A stretch of DNA of 64,000 bases from an uncultured Lentibacter sp. (GTDB lineage: Bacteria > Pseudomonadota > Alphaproteobacteria > Rhodobacterales > Rhodobacteraceae). The DNA lies in assembly GCA_947497495.1 (NCBI GenBank), contig CANMGT010000010.1:9689-73688 (forward strand), in the 5' to 3' direction. Shown here in pieces: positions 16,962 to 26,337 of this stretch. Below the pieces are notes generated by a model. The model made no database searches, had not been told where the DNA came from, and saw nothing but the letters and a program-made list of their open reading frames with translations. Numbering within the stretch: position 1 is the first letter of the stretch; each line of letters starts with the position of its first letter. A program made the position numbers and the translations under genes.

Positions 16962-18433
16962 CGCGCGTCGCCGATTGCGCGGCCAAGCCCCTCAGGCGCG
17001 GGCAGTCCGGCATGCGCTTGCGCCACCTTAACCAAGGCCGCCTCAACCGGCGACGCCGGCGGTGCCGCCCGCCGCGTTGCCAGGTCAACGTGCAAAAGCA
17101 TGTGCTCGCCACTCGCCAGAAGCCGCGTGCCTTCGCGCATTTCATGGAACAGATGCATCTTCTTGCCCGCCCCCATGATCACCTGTGTATGCACGGTGAT
17201 CTTGGCGCCCGCGTGCACTTCATCGATATGCCTGATATGCGTCTCGGCGGTGAAATAACTGCCACCGCTGGCGATATACTCGGCGTTACAGCCGATCATT
17301 TCCATGAAGCGATCCGTGCTATCGGCGAAGGCCTGCAAATAGCGGCTCTCCGTCATGTGGCCGTTGTAATCCAGCCAGTCGAGCGGCACGACGCGGTGCA
17401 GCGTCAACACAGGTTGGCTCAAGTCGGCCACATCATCAACATGCGCGACGATGCCAGCGCCTTCGCGCAGCGTCGCGTCATGGGCGTTTTGCAGCTTGCC
17501 AGCGCCCCAGTCGTTTGCGCCCAGCGCGCGCATCATGCCCACCAAGTTGTCGTCGCGAATGCGCTCAAGCTCGCGGATGCTGTGCATGCCGCTTTGCGCG
17601 TCAGACTGGTCTGCAATCGCGTCGATCAGCTCGTCCGTCAGCTCCGGCACGTCCATCAGCTTGGTCCAGGGCCAGCTCAGGCAAGGGCCGAACTGCGCAA
17701 TGAAATGCCGCATGCCCGCCTCGCCGCCCGCCACGCGGTATGTCTCAAACAGGCCCATCTGCGCCCAGCGGATGCCAAAGCCATATCTGATCGCATCGTC
17801 GATCTCTTCGGTGGTGGCGATGCCGTCTTTGACAAGCCAAAGCGCCTCGCGCCAGACGGCCTCAAGGAAGCGGTCGGCAATATGCGCGTCGATCTCTTTT
17901 TTCAGGTGTAGCGGGTGCATGCCGATGCCGCTGATGATCTCTTTGGCGCGCGCGATAACATCAGCGCTGTTCGCCTCTGTCGTGACCAGCTCGACAAGCG
18001 GCAGCAGGTAAACGGGGTTAAACGGGTGCGTCACCACGATCTGGCGCGCGTTGCCCATGCCCTCTTGCAGTTCGCTCGGCTTATAGCCCGAAGTTGACGA
18101 GCCGATAACCGCACTCTCAGGCACGCAACCCGCCAGCTGGCCGTAAACCTTGTGCTTGATATCAAGCCGCTCCGGCACACTTTCCTGCACCCAAGAGGCG
18201 CCCTCACAGGCCTCGGCCAGATCTGCGTGAAAGCTCAAAGCGCCCTCATCCGGCAGGGCCATGTTGCCAAGCCCCGGCAGGCTACGGCGCGCGTTTGCAA
18301 GCACTTCGCCAATCTTGCGCTCAGCCTCGGGGTCAGGGTCAAACACCCGCACATCCCAGCCGTTGAGCAAAAACCGTGCAGCCCAACCGCCGCCGATCAC
18401 ACCACCGCCAATAATGGCTGCGCGTTTCGTCAT
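16958..18433 (-). CDS. lcdH: L-carnitine 3-dehydrogenase fused to a C-terminal thioesterase (betainyl-CoA thioesterase-like)
   Basis: GGGVIGGGW, QESVPERLDIK, HPFNPVYLLPLVE, GIRWAQMGLFE; C-terminal WLDYNGHMTE hotdog motif. Confidence 0.88.
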   Translation of the reverse strand: MTKRAAIIGGGVIGGGWAARFLLNGWDVRVFDPDPEAERKIGEVLANARRSLPGLGNMALPDEGALSFHADLAEACEGASWVQESVPERLDIKHKVYGQLAGCVPESAVIGSSTSGYKPSELQEGMGNARQIVVTHPFNPVYLLPLVELVTTEANSADVIARAKEIISGIGMHPLHLKKEIDAHIADRFLEAVWREALWLVKDGIATTEEIDDAIRYGFGIRWAQMGLFETYRVAGGEAGMRHFIAQFGPCLSWPWTKLMDVPELTDELIDAIADQSDAQSGMHSIRELERIRDDNLVGMMRALGANDWGAGKLQNAHDATLREGAGIVAHVDDVADLSQPVLTLHRVVPLDWLDYNGHMTESRYLQAFADSTDRFMEMIGCNAEYIASGGSYFTAETHIRHIDEVHAGAKITVHTQVIMGAGKKMHLFHEMREGTRLLASGEHMLLHVDLATRRAAPPASPVEAALVKVAQAHAGLPAPEGLGRAIGDAR

Positions 18434-18454
18434 CTTACTTGTCCTTCTCAAAAA

Positions 18455-18805
18455 TCAGTCAATGCAGAGACCGACAGCTTTTCCGCCTTGCAACACATCA
18501 TGGCAGCCAAAAAATGGCGTCACCGGCGAGCAGCTGCGCGTTTCCGCCAAGCAGACACCGCTGCAATCTTTGCTGTCGTTGCAAGCCTTGCCAGCGTCCG
18601 GCTCAGGGCGCGCACACTGCGGCCCCGCCAGGCCGATAACCATCGTGCCGCCCGCCGCCTCGCATTGCTGCTGCAAAATGAGCGGCGACTGCGCGCCAGT
18701 TTCGGCAACCGGTGCAAACACTTGCCCGCTGCCGTCAGCCGGAGCATCAACCAACTGGCAAGCGGCGAATACACAGAGAGCAAAGAAAGCAAAAATGCGG
18801 ATCAT
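18455..18805 (-). CDS. Cys-rich lipoprotein of unknown function
   Basis: Lipobox FAAC; eight further Cys; overlaps the stop of the BKACE gene. Confidence 0.7.
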   Translation of the reverse strand: MIRIFAFFALCVFAACQLVDAPADGSGQVFAPVAETGAQSPLILQQQCEAAGGTMVIGLAGPQCARPEPDAGKACNDSKDCSGVCLAETRSCSPVTPFFGCHDVLQGGKAVGLCID

Positions 18806-19713
18806 GACTTTGGCAACCTCTTGGTCAGCTTCAGCTTCTCGCGCACAGCCTCAGGGCCGATAACTTTGGCGCCCATCGCTTCAATAATGCCGCGCGCGCG
18901 CTCTACCAGCTGATAGTTCTCCGCCAACACACCTTTGTCGAGCCAAAGGTTGTCTTCCAGTCCAACGCGCACGTTGCCGCCCGCCAGCACGGAGGCCGCC
19001 ACATAAGCCATCTGGTTGCGCCCCAGCCCAAAGCCGGAGAACGTCCAGCTGTCAGGCACGTTGTTCACCATCGCCATAAAGGTGTTCAAATCGTCTGGCG
19101 CCCCCCAAGGCACGCCCATGCAAAGCTGCACCAGCGCGTCAGGCTCAAGCACGCCATCCGCGACTAGCTGCTTGGCATACCAGAGGTGGCCAGTGTCAAA
19201 CGCCTCGATCTCGGGCTTGACGCCAAGCTTGGTCATCATCCCGCCCATCGCCGTCAACATGCCGGGCGTATTTGTCATAACATAATCGGCTTCGGCAAAG
19301 TTCATCGTGCCGCAGTCAAGCGTGCAAATCTCGGGCAAACACTCAGCGATATGCGCAACACGCTCGCTCGCGCCAACCATGTCGGTGCCTTCGATCGTCG
19401 GGAAGGGGCTCTCGACGCCGCCAAAGACAATGTCGCCCCCCATGCCAGCTGTGAGGTTGAGAACAACATCAACATCCGCACTGCGGATGCGGTCGGTCAA
19501 CTCGCGGTAAAGCTTGAGGTCGCGGCTCGGCGCGCCTGTCTCGGGGTCGCGCACGTGGCAATGCACAACAGCCGCGCCCGCCTTGGCCGCCTTGATAGCA
19601 CTGTCCGCAATCTGCGCGGGGCTGCGCGGCACATGCGGGCTTCTGTCTTGCGTGCTGCCCGAGCCGGTAACCGCGCAGGTGATGAAGACGTCTCTGTTCA
19701 TACTCAATGGCAT
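18802..19713 (-). CDS. cdhC: Beta-keto acid cleavage enzyme (BKACE), probably 3-dehydrocarnitine cleaving
   Basis: ITCAVTG, GAAVVHCHVRD, LDCGTMNF, GGNVRVGLED; operon with carnitine dehydrogenase. Confidence 0.85.
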   Translation of the reverse strand: MPLSMNRDVFITCAVTGSGSTQDRSPHVPRSPAQIADSAIKAAKAGAAVVHCHVRDPETGAPSRDLKLYRELTDRIRSADVDVVLNLTAGMGGDIVFGGVESPFPTIEGTDMVGASERVAHIAECLPEICTLDCGTMNFAEADYVMTNTPGMLTAMGGMMTKLGVKPEIEAFDTGHLWYAKQLVADGVLEPDALVQLCMGVPWGAPDDLNTFMAMVNNVPDSWTFSGFGLGRNQMAYVAASVLAGGNVRVGLEDNLWLDKGVLAENYQLVERARGIIEAMGAKVIGPEAVREKLKLTKRLPKS

Positions 19714-19829
19714 GGGCGAATCCCTTTGGATAAGAGTGGTTTTTCACAGCCTCTCACAGCCCCCGCCCCCGCCGAAAGGCCTTTTACGACTTTTTCAGTC
19801 GCATCCCCTCAAAACCACACGCCGCCTTG

Positions 19830-19853
19830 GCTTTTTCTTGATGAAAATACTCA
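19830..19853. repeat. 24-nt dispersed repeat (second copy), overlapping the aldo/keto reductase stop codon
   Basis: GCTTTTTCTTGATGAAAATACTCA, 22/24 identical to 4698-4721. Confidence 0.6.
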
Positions 19854-20894
19854 ATAGGGCATCGGGTGCATCTTGTGCGCCGTATTGATCTCGGTGAGCA
19901 CCTCTTCCGACAGCACAACATCCGCCGCCCCAAGCGCGTGCTCAAGCTGGTTCACAGTCGTTGCGCCGAAAATCGAACTGCCCATAAAGGGGCGCGTCAA
20001 CGTCCACGCGAGGGCCATGTGCACAGGGTCAAGCGCGTGTTTCTTGGCGATCGCCAAGTAAGCGTCAACCGCGTCAAACACCCGTGGCGTGATCCGCCCA
20101 CCCATCTCTGGCACAAGGCTTTTGCGCGAGCCTTCCGGCACAGCTCCGTTCTGATATTTGCCGCTGAGCAAGCCCGCGCCCAGAGGCGAAAACGCCAGCA
20201 GGCCCACCTCCTCGTTGACAGAGAGTTCCGCCAAATCGGTGTCATACATCCGGCACAGCAGCGAATACTCGTTCTGGATGCTCGCCACCCGCGGCCCGCC
20301 CACGCGCTCGGCCGCGGCCAGCCACTGCGCCGTGCCCCAAGCGCTCTCGTTTGAGAGGCCAAACGCACGGATGGTGCCGCGCTTAACTTCCTTTTGCAGC
20401 GCCTCTAGGCACTCTTCCATGTTGGCAATCGTCTCCTCGCGGTTCTGGCTTGAGGGGTCGAATTTCCAGTTCTGACGAAACATATATGAGCCGCGGTTGG
20501 GCCAGTGAAACTGATAGAGGTCGATCACATCGGTCTGCAACCGCTTGAGGCTGCCTTCAATGGCCTGCGGGATCGTCTCAGCCGTGATCGGCGCGCCGTC
20601 GCGCACGTTCATATAGCCCTCGCCCGAGTGTTTTGTCGCCATGACAACCTCGCTGCGGCGCCCCGTCTTGGCAAACCAGCGGCCGATCACGCGCTCGGCG
20701 TCGCCCTGTGTTTCCTTGCTCAGCGGGTTCACAGGGTACATCTCGGCGCAGTCCCAAAACTGCACGCCGCGCTCCAGTGCGAGGTCCATCTGCGCGTGGC
20801 TGTCGACCTCACTTGTCTGGGTTCCAAAGGTCATCGTGCCAAGGCACATCTCGCTGATGGTAATGCCTGTGCGGCCAAGCTCGCGGTGTTTCAA
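19851..20894 (-). CDS. Aldo/keto reductase (Tas-like)
   Basis: LGTMTFG, DCAEMY, IDLYQFHWP, GLSNES, QNEYSLL; TTG start after a GAGG SD. Confidence 0.9.
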   Translation of the reverse strand: MKHRELGRTGITISEMCLGTMTFGTQTSEVDSHAQMDLALERGVQFWDCAEMYPVNPLSKETQGDAERVIGRWFAKTGRRSEVVMATKHSGEGYMNVRDGAPITAETIPQAIEGSLKRLQTDVIDLYQFHWPNRGSYMFRQNWKFDPSSQNREETIANMEECLEALQKEVKRGTIRAFGLSNESAWGTAQWLAAAERVGGPRVASIQNEYSLLCRMYDTDLAELSVNEEVGLLAFSPLGAGLLSGKYQNGAVPEGSRKSLVPEMGGRITPRVFDAVDAYLAIAKKHALDPVHMALAWTLTRPFMGSSIFGATTVNQLEHALGAADVVLSEEVLTEINTAHKMHPMPY

Positions 20895-20971
20895 AGTGCT
20901 GTCCTCAAGTGTCCAAATCCGGCGGCACCCTAGCACCACCGGACGACGTGAAAATCACCGGAACGTTGTGG

Positions 20972-21403
20972 TTAGGGCCGCACGTAAGCGTAGCCCGCTT
21001 CTTGCAGCTCAACAAGGCGAACAACACCCGACGGCACAAGGCTTGCTTCCGAAAGCAGGGCCACGTCTTTGCCCGCCTTTTCGCTCATCTTGCGATGGGT
21101 GTTGCCACAGGCCGAAAAGCTCAGGTTTTCGATCTCAAGACCCATCGTTGAAATACGGTCTGCAACGGGGCTTTTGCCGGCCACAAACATGTTGAGCCCC
21201 GGCCCATAGGCCACCAGTTCAACCATCACCTCATCCCCCTTGGACGCGTAATATTTTGTAAGGTTCTGCACATTGTTGAGTGCCATATTCATAACCTGCG
21301 GGTCGTTCTGGTTTACGTGAACCGCCACTTTGTGCATGACACCTTCCGCAAGAGCCGCGAGTGGGCTCAAGGCGAGTATGGTTGCGAGTGCAATTGTTTT
21401 CAT
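20972..21403 (-). CDS. Periplasmic DsrE/DsrF-like protein
   Basis: Signal peptide; VAYGPGL, SACGNT, VPSGVVRLVELQ.GYAYVRP. Confidence 0.8.
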   Translation of the reverse strand: MKTIALATILALSPLAALAEGVMHKVAVHVNQNDPQVMNMALNNVQNLTKYYASKGDEVMVELVAYGPGLNMFVAGKSPVADRISTMGLEIENLSFSACGNTHRKMSEKAGKDVALLSEASLVPSGVVRLVELQEAGYAYVRP

Positions 21404-21474
21404 TTTGGTTTCCCCCTGTTTACCCCCCTAGCTTAACGGGTTTTCCCCGTCGGGCAATGCTCACGAGGGATTGA

Positions 21475-21489
21475 GAACAAAAAGTGAAC
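21475..21489 (+). promoter_or_regulatory. Alphaproteobacterial LexA (SOS) box GAAC-N7-GAAC
   Basis: GAACAAAAAGTGAAC, 15 nt upstream of the imuA ATG at 21505. Confidence 0.85.
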
Positions 21490-21504
21490 ACGCTATCTTG
21501 CAAT

Positions 21505-22089
21505 ATGCGACTCGACACCAAACTCCCCCTCACGCGCGGGCCCCTGAAAGAACGGCCCGGCCTGCAACTTGCGCCCGAAATGTCGCTGGCCTACAGGCGT
21601 GTGCATGAGGCCTGCGGCGCGGCGCGACGGGTGTTTGCGCTCTGGCTTGCCAGCCGGCTTGACGGGCCGGTTGTCTGGATAACCCCCGCTTGGGAGCACG
21701 CCACGCTCAACCCCGAAGGCTTCGCGCCACTCCTGGAGCCTGCCCGGCTCACGCTTGTCGCCGCCCCCAAGGAGGAAGACGTGCTCTGGTGCATGGAGGA
21801 AGCCCTCACCGCGGGCTGTGTGCCGCTGGTGATCGCCGAGATCACAACGCTGCCTGCGCTGACGCCCGTGCGCCGGCTGCACCTGGCGGCCGAAAAGCGG
21901 CAGGACCAGCCTATCGGACTGTTGCTGTCAGGCGGTCAGGGTGGCGCGCAAGGTGTTGAAAGCCGCTGGCAGATGGAGCCCCTCGCCGGTGATGTGCCCA
22001 GTTGGAGCCTCACCCGTACCCGCGCCCGCACCGCCCCTGTCAAACGCTGGCACATGGCGCTTCATAACGGCCAGATCACCCCCGCTTGA
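21505..22089 (+). CDS. imuA: ImuA-like SOS mutagenesis accessory protein
   Basis: RVHEACG, LWCMEEAL..G...VIAE, RRLHLAAE, RW...P...W.L...R motifs; LexA box upstream. Confidence 0.8.
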   Translation: MRLDTKLPLTRGPLKERPGLQLAPEMSLAYRRVHEACGAARRVFALWLASRLDGPVVWITPAWEHATLNPEGFAPLLEPARLTLVAAPKEEDVLWCMEEALTAGCVPLVIAEITTLPALTPVRRLHLAAEKRQDQPIGLLLSGGQGGAQGVESRWQMEPLAGDVPSWSLTRTRARTAPVKRWHMALHNGQITPA

Positions 22090-22098
22090 AACGGGCGC

Positions 22099-22142
22099 AA
22101 ATTTCTTGCAAGAAATTTACCAAGAAAATTCGAATTTTCTTG
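22099..22142. repeat. Tandem pair of perfect AT-rich palindromes (20 bp and 22 bp)
   Basis: AAATTTCTTG|CAAGAAATTT (22099-22118) and CAAGAAAATTC|GAATTTTCTTG (22121-22142). Confidence 0.85.
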
Positions 22143-22151
22143 CGCCTGTGG

Positions 22152-23780
22152 CTAGTGTCCGCCACCCAAAATTCCGGTCTGCACGTCGTAATCAACCGCG
22201 ATCTCATAGTCAGGATCGTCGTCACTATCCACCATAAGGTGGCCAGCCTTGTTCAAAAGCTGGTGGCAGTCGCGGCTCAGGTGGCGCAGCTGCAGCCGCT
22301 TGCCCGCGTTCTCATACTTGGCCGCCAGCGCCTCAATTGCCTGTAGCGCTGACTGGTCAACAACGCGGCTGTCCGCAAAGTCCACGACAACGCTGTCAGG
22401 GTCTGTGTTGACTTCGAACAGCTCTGTGAAGCCCTCGACCGAGCCAAAGAACAGCGGCCCCTGAATACGGTAGACTTTCTCGTCTTCAGTCACATCGACA
22501 TGTGCATCAATCCGGCGCGCATTGTTCCACGCGTACATCAGCGCAGAGACAATCACGCCCACGACAACCGCAATCGCGAGGTCATACATCACCGTCACGA
22601 CTGTCACGAGGATCGTCACAAAGGCGTCGCCCATCGGCACGCGGCTCAAGATGGTCAGCGAATTCCAGGCGAATGTGCCGATCACAACCATGAACATCAC
22701 GCCCACAAGTGCCGCCAGCGGGATCTGCTCGATCAGCGGAGAGGCGAACAGGATGAACGCCAGCAGGAACAGCGCCGCCGCGATGCCGGCGATGCGCGTG
22801 CGCCCGCCTGATTTCACGTTGATCATGCTCTGCCCGATCATCGCACAGCCGCCCATGCCACCGAAGAAGCCGGTGACTACGTTGGCCGTGCCCTGCGCGA
22901 GGCACTCTTGCGAAGCCCCGCCGCGCTTACCTGTCATCTCGCCCACCAGGTTGAGTGTCAGCAGGCTTTCGATCAGGCCGATTGCGGCCAGAATAACCGC
23001 ATAAGGCAGGATGATCTCAAGGGTTTCCCACGTCAGCGGAACCTGTGGGAAGTGGAAAGGCGGCAGCCCGCCCTTGATCGAGGCCAAGTCGCCAACGCGC
23101 GGCACATCAAGGCCCATCGCGATCACGATAACGGCGACAATACCGATGCCCGCGAGCGGCGCTGGAATAAACTTGGTGATCCGCGGCATGACCCAGATGA
23201 TCGCCATCGTCAGCGCCACCAGCCCCAGCATCATGTAAAGCGGCATGCCAGACAGCCATTCGCCGCCGCTCATGCCGTGGCCTGTGTTCACAACAGTGCC
23301 CGGCACTTTAAACTGCGTCATCTGCGCGAGGAAAATAACGATCGCAAGGCCGTTCACAAAGCCAAGCATCACAGGGTGCGGCACAAGGCGGATAAACTTG
23401 CCCCAGTGCATCGCCCCCGCGATGAGCTGCAAAATGCCCATCAGCACAACTGTCGCGAACAGATATTCAACGCCGTGCTGCGCCACCAAGGCGACCATGA
23501 CAACAGCCAAAGCCCCCGTCGCGCCCGAAATCATCCCCGGACGCCCGCCAAAAATCGCCGTGATCAAGCCGACCATGAAAGCCGCGTAAAGCCCGACAAG
23601 CGGATGCACCCCCGCCACAAAGGCAAAGGCCACAGCTTCCGGCACCAGCGCCAGCGCCACGGTCAACCCCGACAGCACCTCGATGCGCAACCGCGAGGCC
23701 GAGAACGGCTCGTCTTGCATTACGGAAAGGTCTGGCATGGCAATCCGGTTGGCAAATGCCGCCATCAAAGCGCGTTTCAT
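22152..23780 (-). CDS. SulP family anion transporter with STAS domain
   Basis: LSGLTVALALVPEAVAFA, GMISGATGA, AMIGQS; C-terminal GPLFFG STAS. Confidence 0.92.
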   Translation of the reverse strand: MKRALMAAFANRIAMPDLSVMQDEPFSASRLRIEVLSGLTVALALVPEAVAFAFVAGVHPLVGLYAAFMVGLITAIFGGRPGMISGATGALAVVMVALVAQHGVEYLFATVVLMGILQLIAGAMHWGKFIRLVPHPVMLGFVNGLAIVIFLAQMTQFKVPGTVVNTGHGMSGGEWLSGMPLYMMLGLVALTMAIIWVMPRITKFIPAPLAGIGIVAVIVIAMGLDVPRVGDLASIKGGLPPFHFPQVPLTWETLEIILPYAVILAAIGLIESLLTLNLVGEMTGKRGGASQECLAQGTANVVTGFFGGMGGCAMIGQSMINVKSGGRTRIAGIAAALFLLAFILFASPLIEQIPLAALVGVMFMVVIGTFAWNSLTILSRVPMGDAFVTILVTVVTVMYDLAIAVVVGVIVSALMYAWNNARRIDAHVDVTEDEKVYRIQGPLFFGSVEGFTELFEVNTDPDSVVVDFADSRVVDQSALQAIEALAAKYENAGKRLQLRHLSRDCHQLLNKAGHLMVDSDDDPDYEIAVDYDVQTGILGGGH

Positions 23781-23917
23781 ATGTTTGATCCTGCTCGCAT
23801 AGATTAAGCGGCCCGTCTAAGCCCCTATCGGTCCGGTTTCAACGTATCATTTGGCGAGAGCCCCCGCTTTTCTGCGCAAAAGTTAACGATTCGCGCCGCT
23901 TTGAGCGCGTCAAAACT

Positions 23918-23979
23918 GTATGCACGCGTTCTGCACGGAAAGCTGCACATATAGCTGCATACCGTAGGCACTGCCGTTT
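23918..23979. repeat. 62-nt phased-TGCA element (copy B)
   Basis: 51/62 ungapped identity to 7046-7107. Confidence 0.75.
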
Positions 23980-24076
23980 TCCCCTATCACGACATGGTTA
24001 ACAGGGCGTGCGCTCCCTTGCGCTTGGGCTTGCCTTTGGCCACAAACGACAGCAAGAAATCCGCAGGAGAGAACAC

Positions 24077-24949
24077 ATGAATGAGACAGTAATCGGCGTG
24101 ATCGGCGGCTCCGGCCTCTATGAAATTGACGGCCTCAAAGACGCCCGCTGGCAGGCGGTTGAAACACCTTGGGGCGCGCCCTCGGACGAGGTTTTGACAG
24201 GCACGCTTGAGGGGGTCAAAATGGCCTTTCTGCCCCGCCACGGGCGCGGGCATGTGCACTCTCCTTCAACGGTTCCTTACCGGGCCAATATCGATGCGTT
24301 GAAGCGCTTGGGCGTCACTGACGTTGTCTCTGTTTCGGCCTGTGGGAGCTTTCGCGAAAACATGGCGCCCGGTGATTTTGTCGTTGTAGATCAGTTCATT
24401 GACCGCACATTTGCGCGCGAGAAATCCTTCTTCGGCACAGGCTGCGTGGCGCATGTGAGCGTCGCGCACCCGACCTGCCCGCGCCTCTCTCAAGCCTGCC
24501 TCACGGCGGCGCAGGATGCGGGCATCAACGTGCACAACGGCGGGACATATCTGGCCATGGAAGGCCCGCAGTTTTCCACGCTGGCAGAAAGCAAAATGTA
24601 CCGCGAAAGCTGGGGTGCTGACGTCATCGGGATGACGAATATGCCAGAAGCCAAACTCGCCCGCGAGGCCGAGCTTTGCTATACGAGCGTGGCGATGATC
24701 ACCGACTATGACAGCTGGCACCCCGAGCACGGCGAGGTTGATGTCACTGAAATCATTAAAACTTTGATGGGCAATGCCGACAAAGGCCGCGACATGGTCA
24801 GCCGCTTGCCGGCCCTTCTGGGGGCGTCCCGCGAGGCCTGCCCGCACGGCTGCGACCAAGCGCTGACATATGCAATCCTCACCGCGCCCGAAGCCCGCGA
24901 TCCCGCACTTCTGGCCAAGCTTGATGCCGTCGCCGGACGGGTGCTTTGA
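24077..24949 (+). CDS. mtnP: S-methyl-5'-thioadenosine phosphorylase
   Basis: IGVIGGSGLY, FLPRHGRGH, NIDALK, MEGPQFST.AES, IGMT..PEAKLAREAE, TDYD. Confidence 0.93.
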   Translation: MNETVIGVIGGSGLYEIDGLKDARWQAVETPWGAPSDEVLTGTLEGVKMAFLPRHGRGHVHSPSTVPYRANIDALKRLGVTDVVSVSACGSFRENMAPGDFVVVDQFIDRTFAREKSFFGTGCVAHVSVAHPTCPRLSQACLTAAQDAGINVHNGGTYLAMEGPQFSTLAESKMYRESWGADVIGMTNMPEAKLAREAELCYTSVAMITDYDSWHPEHGEVDVTEIIKTLMGNADKGRDMVSRLPALLGASREACPHGCDQALTYAILTAPEARDPALLAKLDAVAGRVL

Positions 24950-25611
24950 AGCAAGCCCTCGCGGCACTGGCGCTCGCCGCCAGCCCCGCCTTGGCGCAAG
25001 ACCATGTCGAGGTGTCCGGCGCGCTTTCAGACGATGCCTTTTACCGCCTCGTGGCCTGCGCCGCGCCGCTTGGGGGCGACTGCCAGAAACCTATGGTTCG
25101 CTGGAAAAACCACAGCGCCCTCACGCTTTGGGTCGCGCCGCTGCCCAAGGCCTTTCTCGGCGGCAAAGCCAAGCGCGCGCAGGCCTCTATCAGCCTTGCG
25201 TTAAAGGCTCTGAACGAGGTAGGCGCCAATGTCTCGCTCACCGAAACAAGCCAGCGCGACGCGGCTGACATCAAGCTCTTCTTTCTTGATATTCCCCGTG
25301 GTGCGCCGATCAGCGGAACAGGCCTCGCGTGGGTTGACGGCAGCCCGCTTGGCGGCGCGACAACGCGGCTGCAAGTCAACGCCGACAAAGGCCAGATCCT
25401 TGACGGTGTGATCCTCGTTTCAAACGACCTTCGCATTCACTCCTACGAAGGCGTCATGCTGGAAGAACTCACGCAAGCGCTTGGTCTGATGACCGATGTA
25501 AAAAGCAACGCCTATGTTGGCGTGTCTGTCCTGTCGCAAGACGGCAACCGCGTGAAGGCGCTTGGCGCACAAGACAAAATGGCGCTGCGGCGTCATTACC
25601 CACCAAATTGA
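24946..25611 (+). CDS. Secreted protein, DUF2927-like
   Basis: Signal peptide ending ALA; EELTQALGL...D motif; overlaps the mtnP stop. Confidence 0.6.
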   Translation: MKQALAALALAASPALAQDHVEVSGALSDDAFYRLVACAAPLGGDCQKPMVRWKNHSALTLWVAPLPKAFLGGKAKRAQASISLALKALNEVGANVSLTETSQRDAADIKLFFLDIPRGAPISGTGLAWVDGSPLGGATTRLQVNADKGQILDGVILVSNDLRIHSYEGVMLEELTQALGLMTDVKSNAYVGVSVLSQDGNRVKALGAQDKMALRRHYPPN

Positions 25612-25681
25612 GTTGCGCCTTCGGACGCCACTGCTAAGTTCAGGACGCATCGTTACTCGCTGTTAAGAAAGAATTGCCATC

Positions 25682-26317
25682 ATGGATTTCGAAACTTGGG
25701 TCGCATTTGCGACTGCCTCAACAGTATTACTTGTTTTGCCCGGGCCGACGATCATGCTGGTGCTCAGCTACGCGCTTACACAGGGGCGACGCGTTGCCGT
25801 GGCTTCGGCGCTTGGCGTTGCAGCGGGCGATCTGGCCGCCATGACATGCTCTGTTGTCGGTCTCGGGGCGCTGTTTCTTGCGTCAGCAACTGCCTTTACT
25901 GTGCTCAAGTGGTTTGGTGCGGCCTATCTGGTTTGGCTTGGCGTGCGCATGCTGGCAAGCACACGCAGCGACGCGACGCCCAAGCTTGTAGAAACACCGC
26001 CCGACCAGCCGCCATTGCGCGTTTTTCGCGACCTTACGACAGTGACGGCGCTAAACCCCAAATCCAACACTTTCTTCATCGCTTTCGTGCCACAGTTCAT
26101 CACGCCTGACATCGCATTCGCCCCGCAAGCAGCAATTCTTATCGCAACATTCGTCGGCATTGCAGGCCTCAACGCGCTTATGTTTGCTTTCTTGGCCAAT
26201 GCCTTGCGCTCAAAAATCAGCCGCCCAAGCGTCATCCGCCGCATGACGCAAGCTGGCGGTGCCACGCTCATCGCTATGGGCCTGTTCACCGCCACACTCC
26301 GCCGCACAACGGCCTAA
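25682..26317 (+). CDS. LysE/RhtB family translocator
   Basis: [13 protein letters not shown] and TALNPK motifs. Confidence 0.9.
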   Translation: MDFETWVAFATASTVLLVLPGPTIMLVLSYALTQGRRVAVASALGVAAGDLAAMTCSVVGLGALFLASATAFTVLKWFGAAYLVWLGVRMLASTRSDATPKLVETPPDQPPLRVFRDLTTVTALNPKSNTFFIAFVPQFITPDIAFAPQAAILIATFVGIAGLNALMFAFLANALRSKISRPSVIRRMTQAGGATLIAMGLFTATLRRTTA

Positions 26318-26337
26318 TAGAATACAATGGAAAACCG

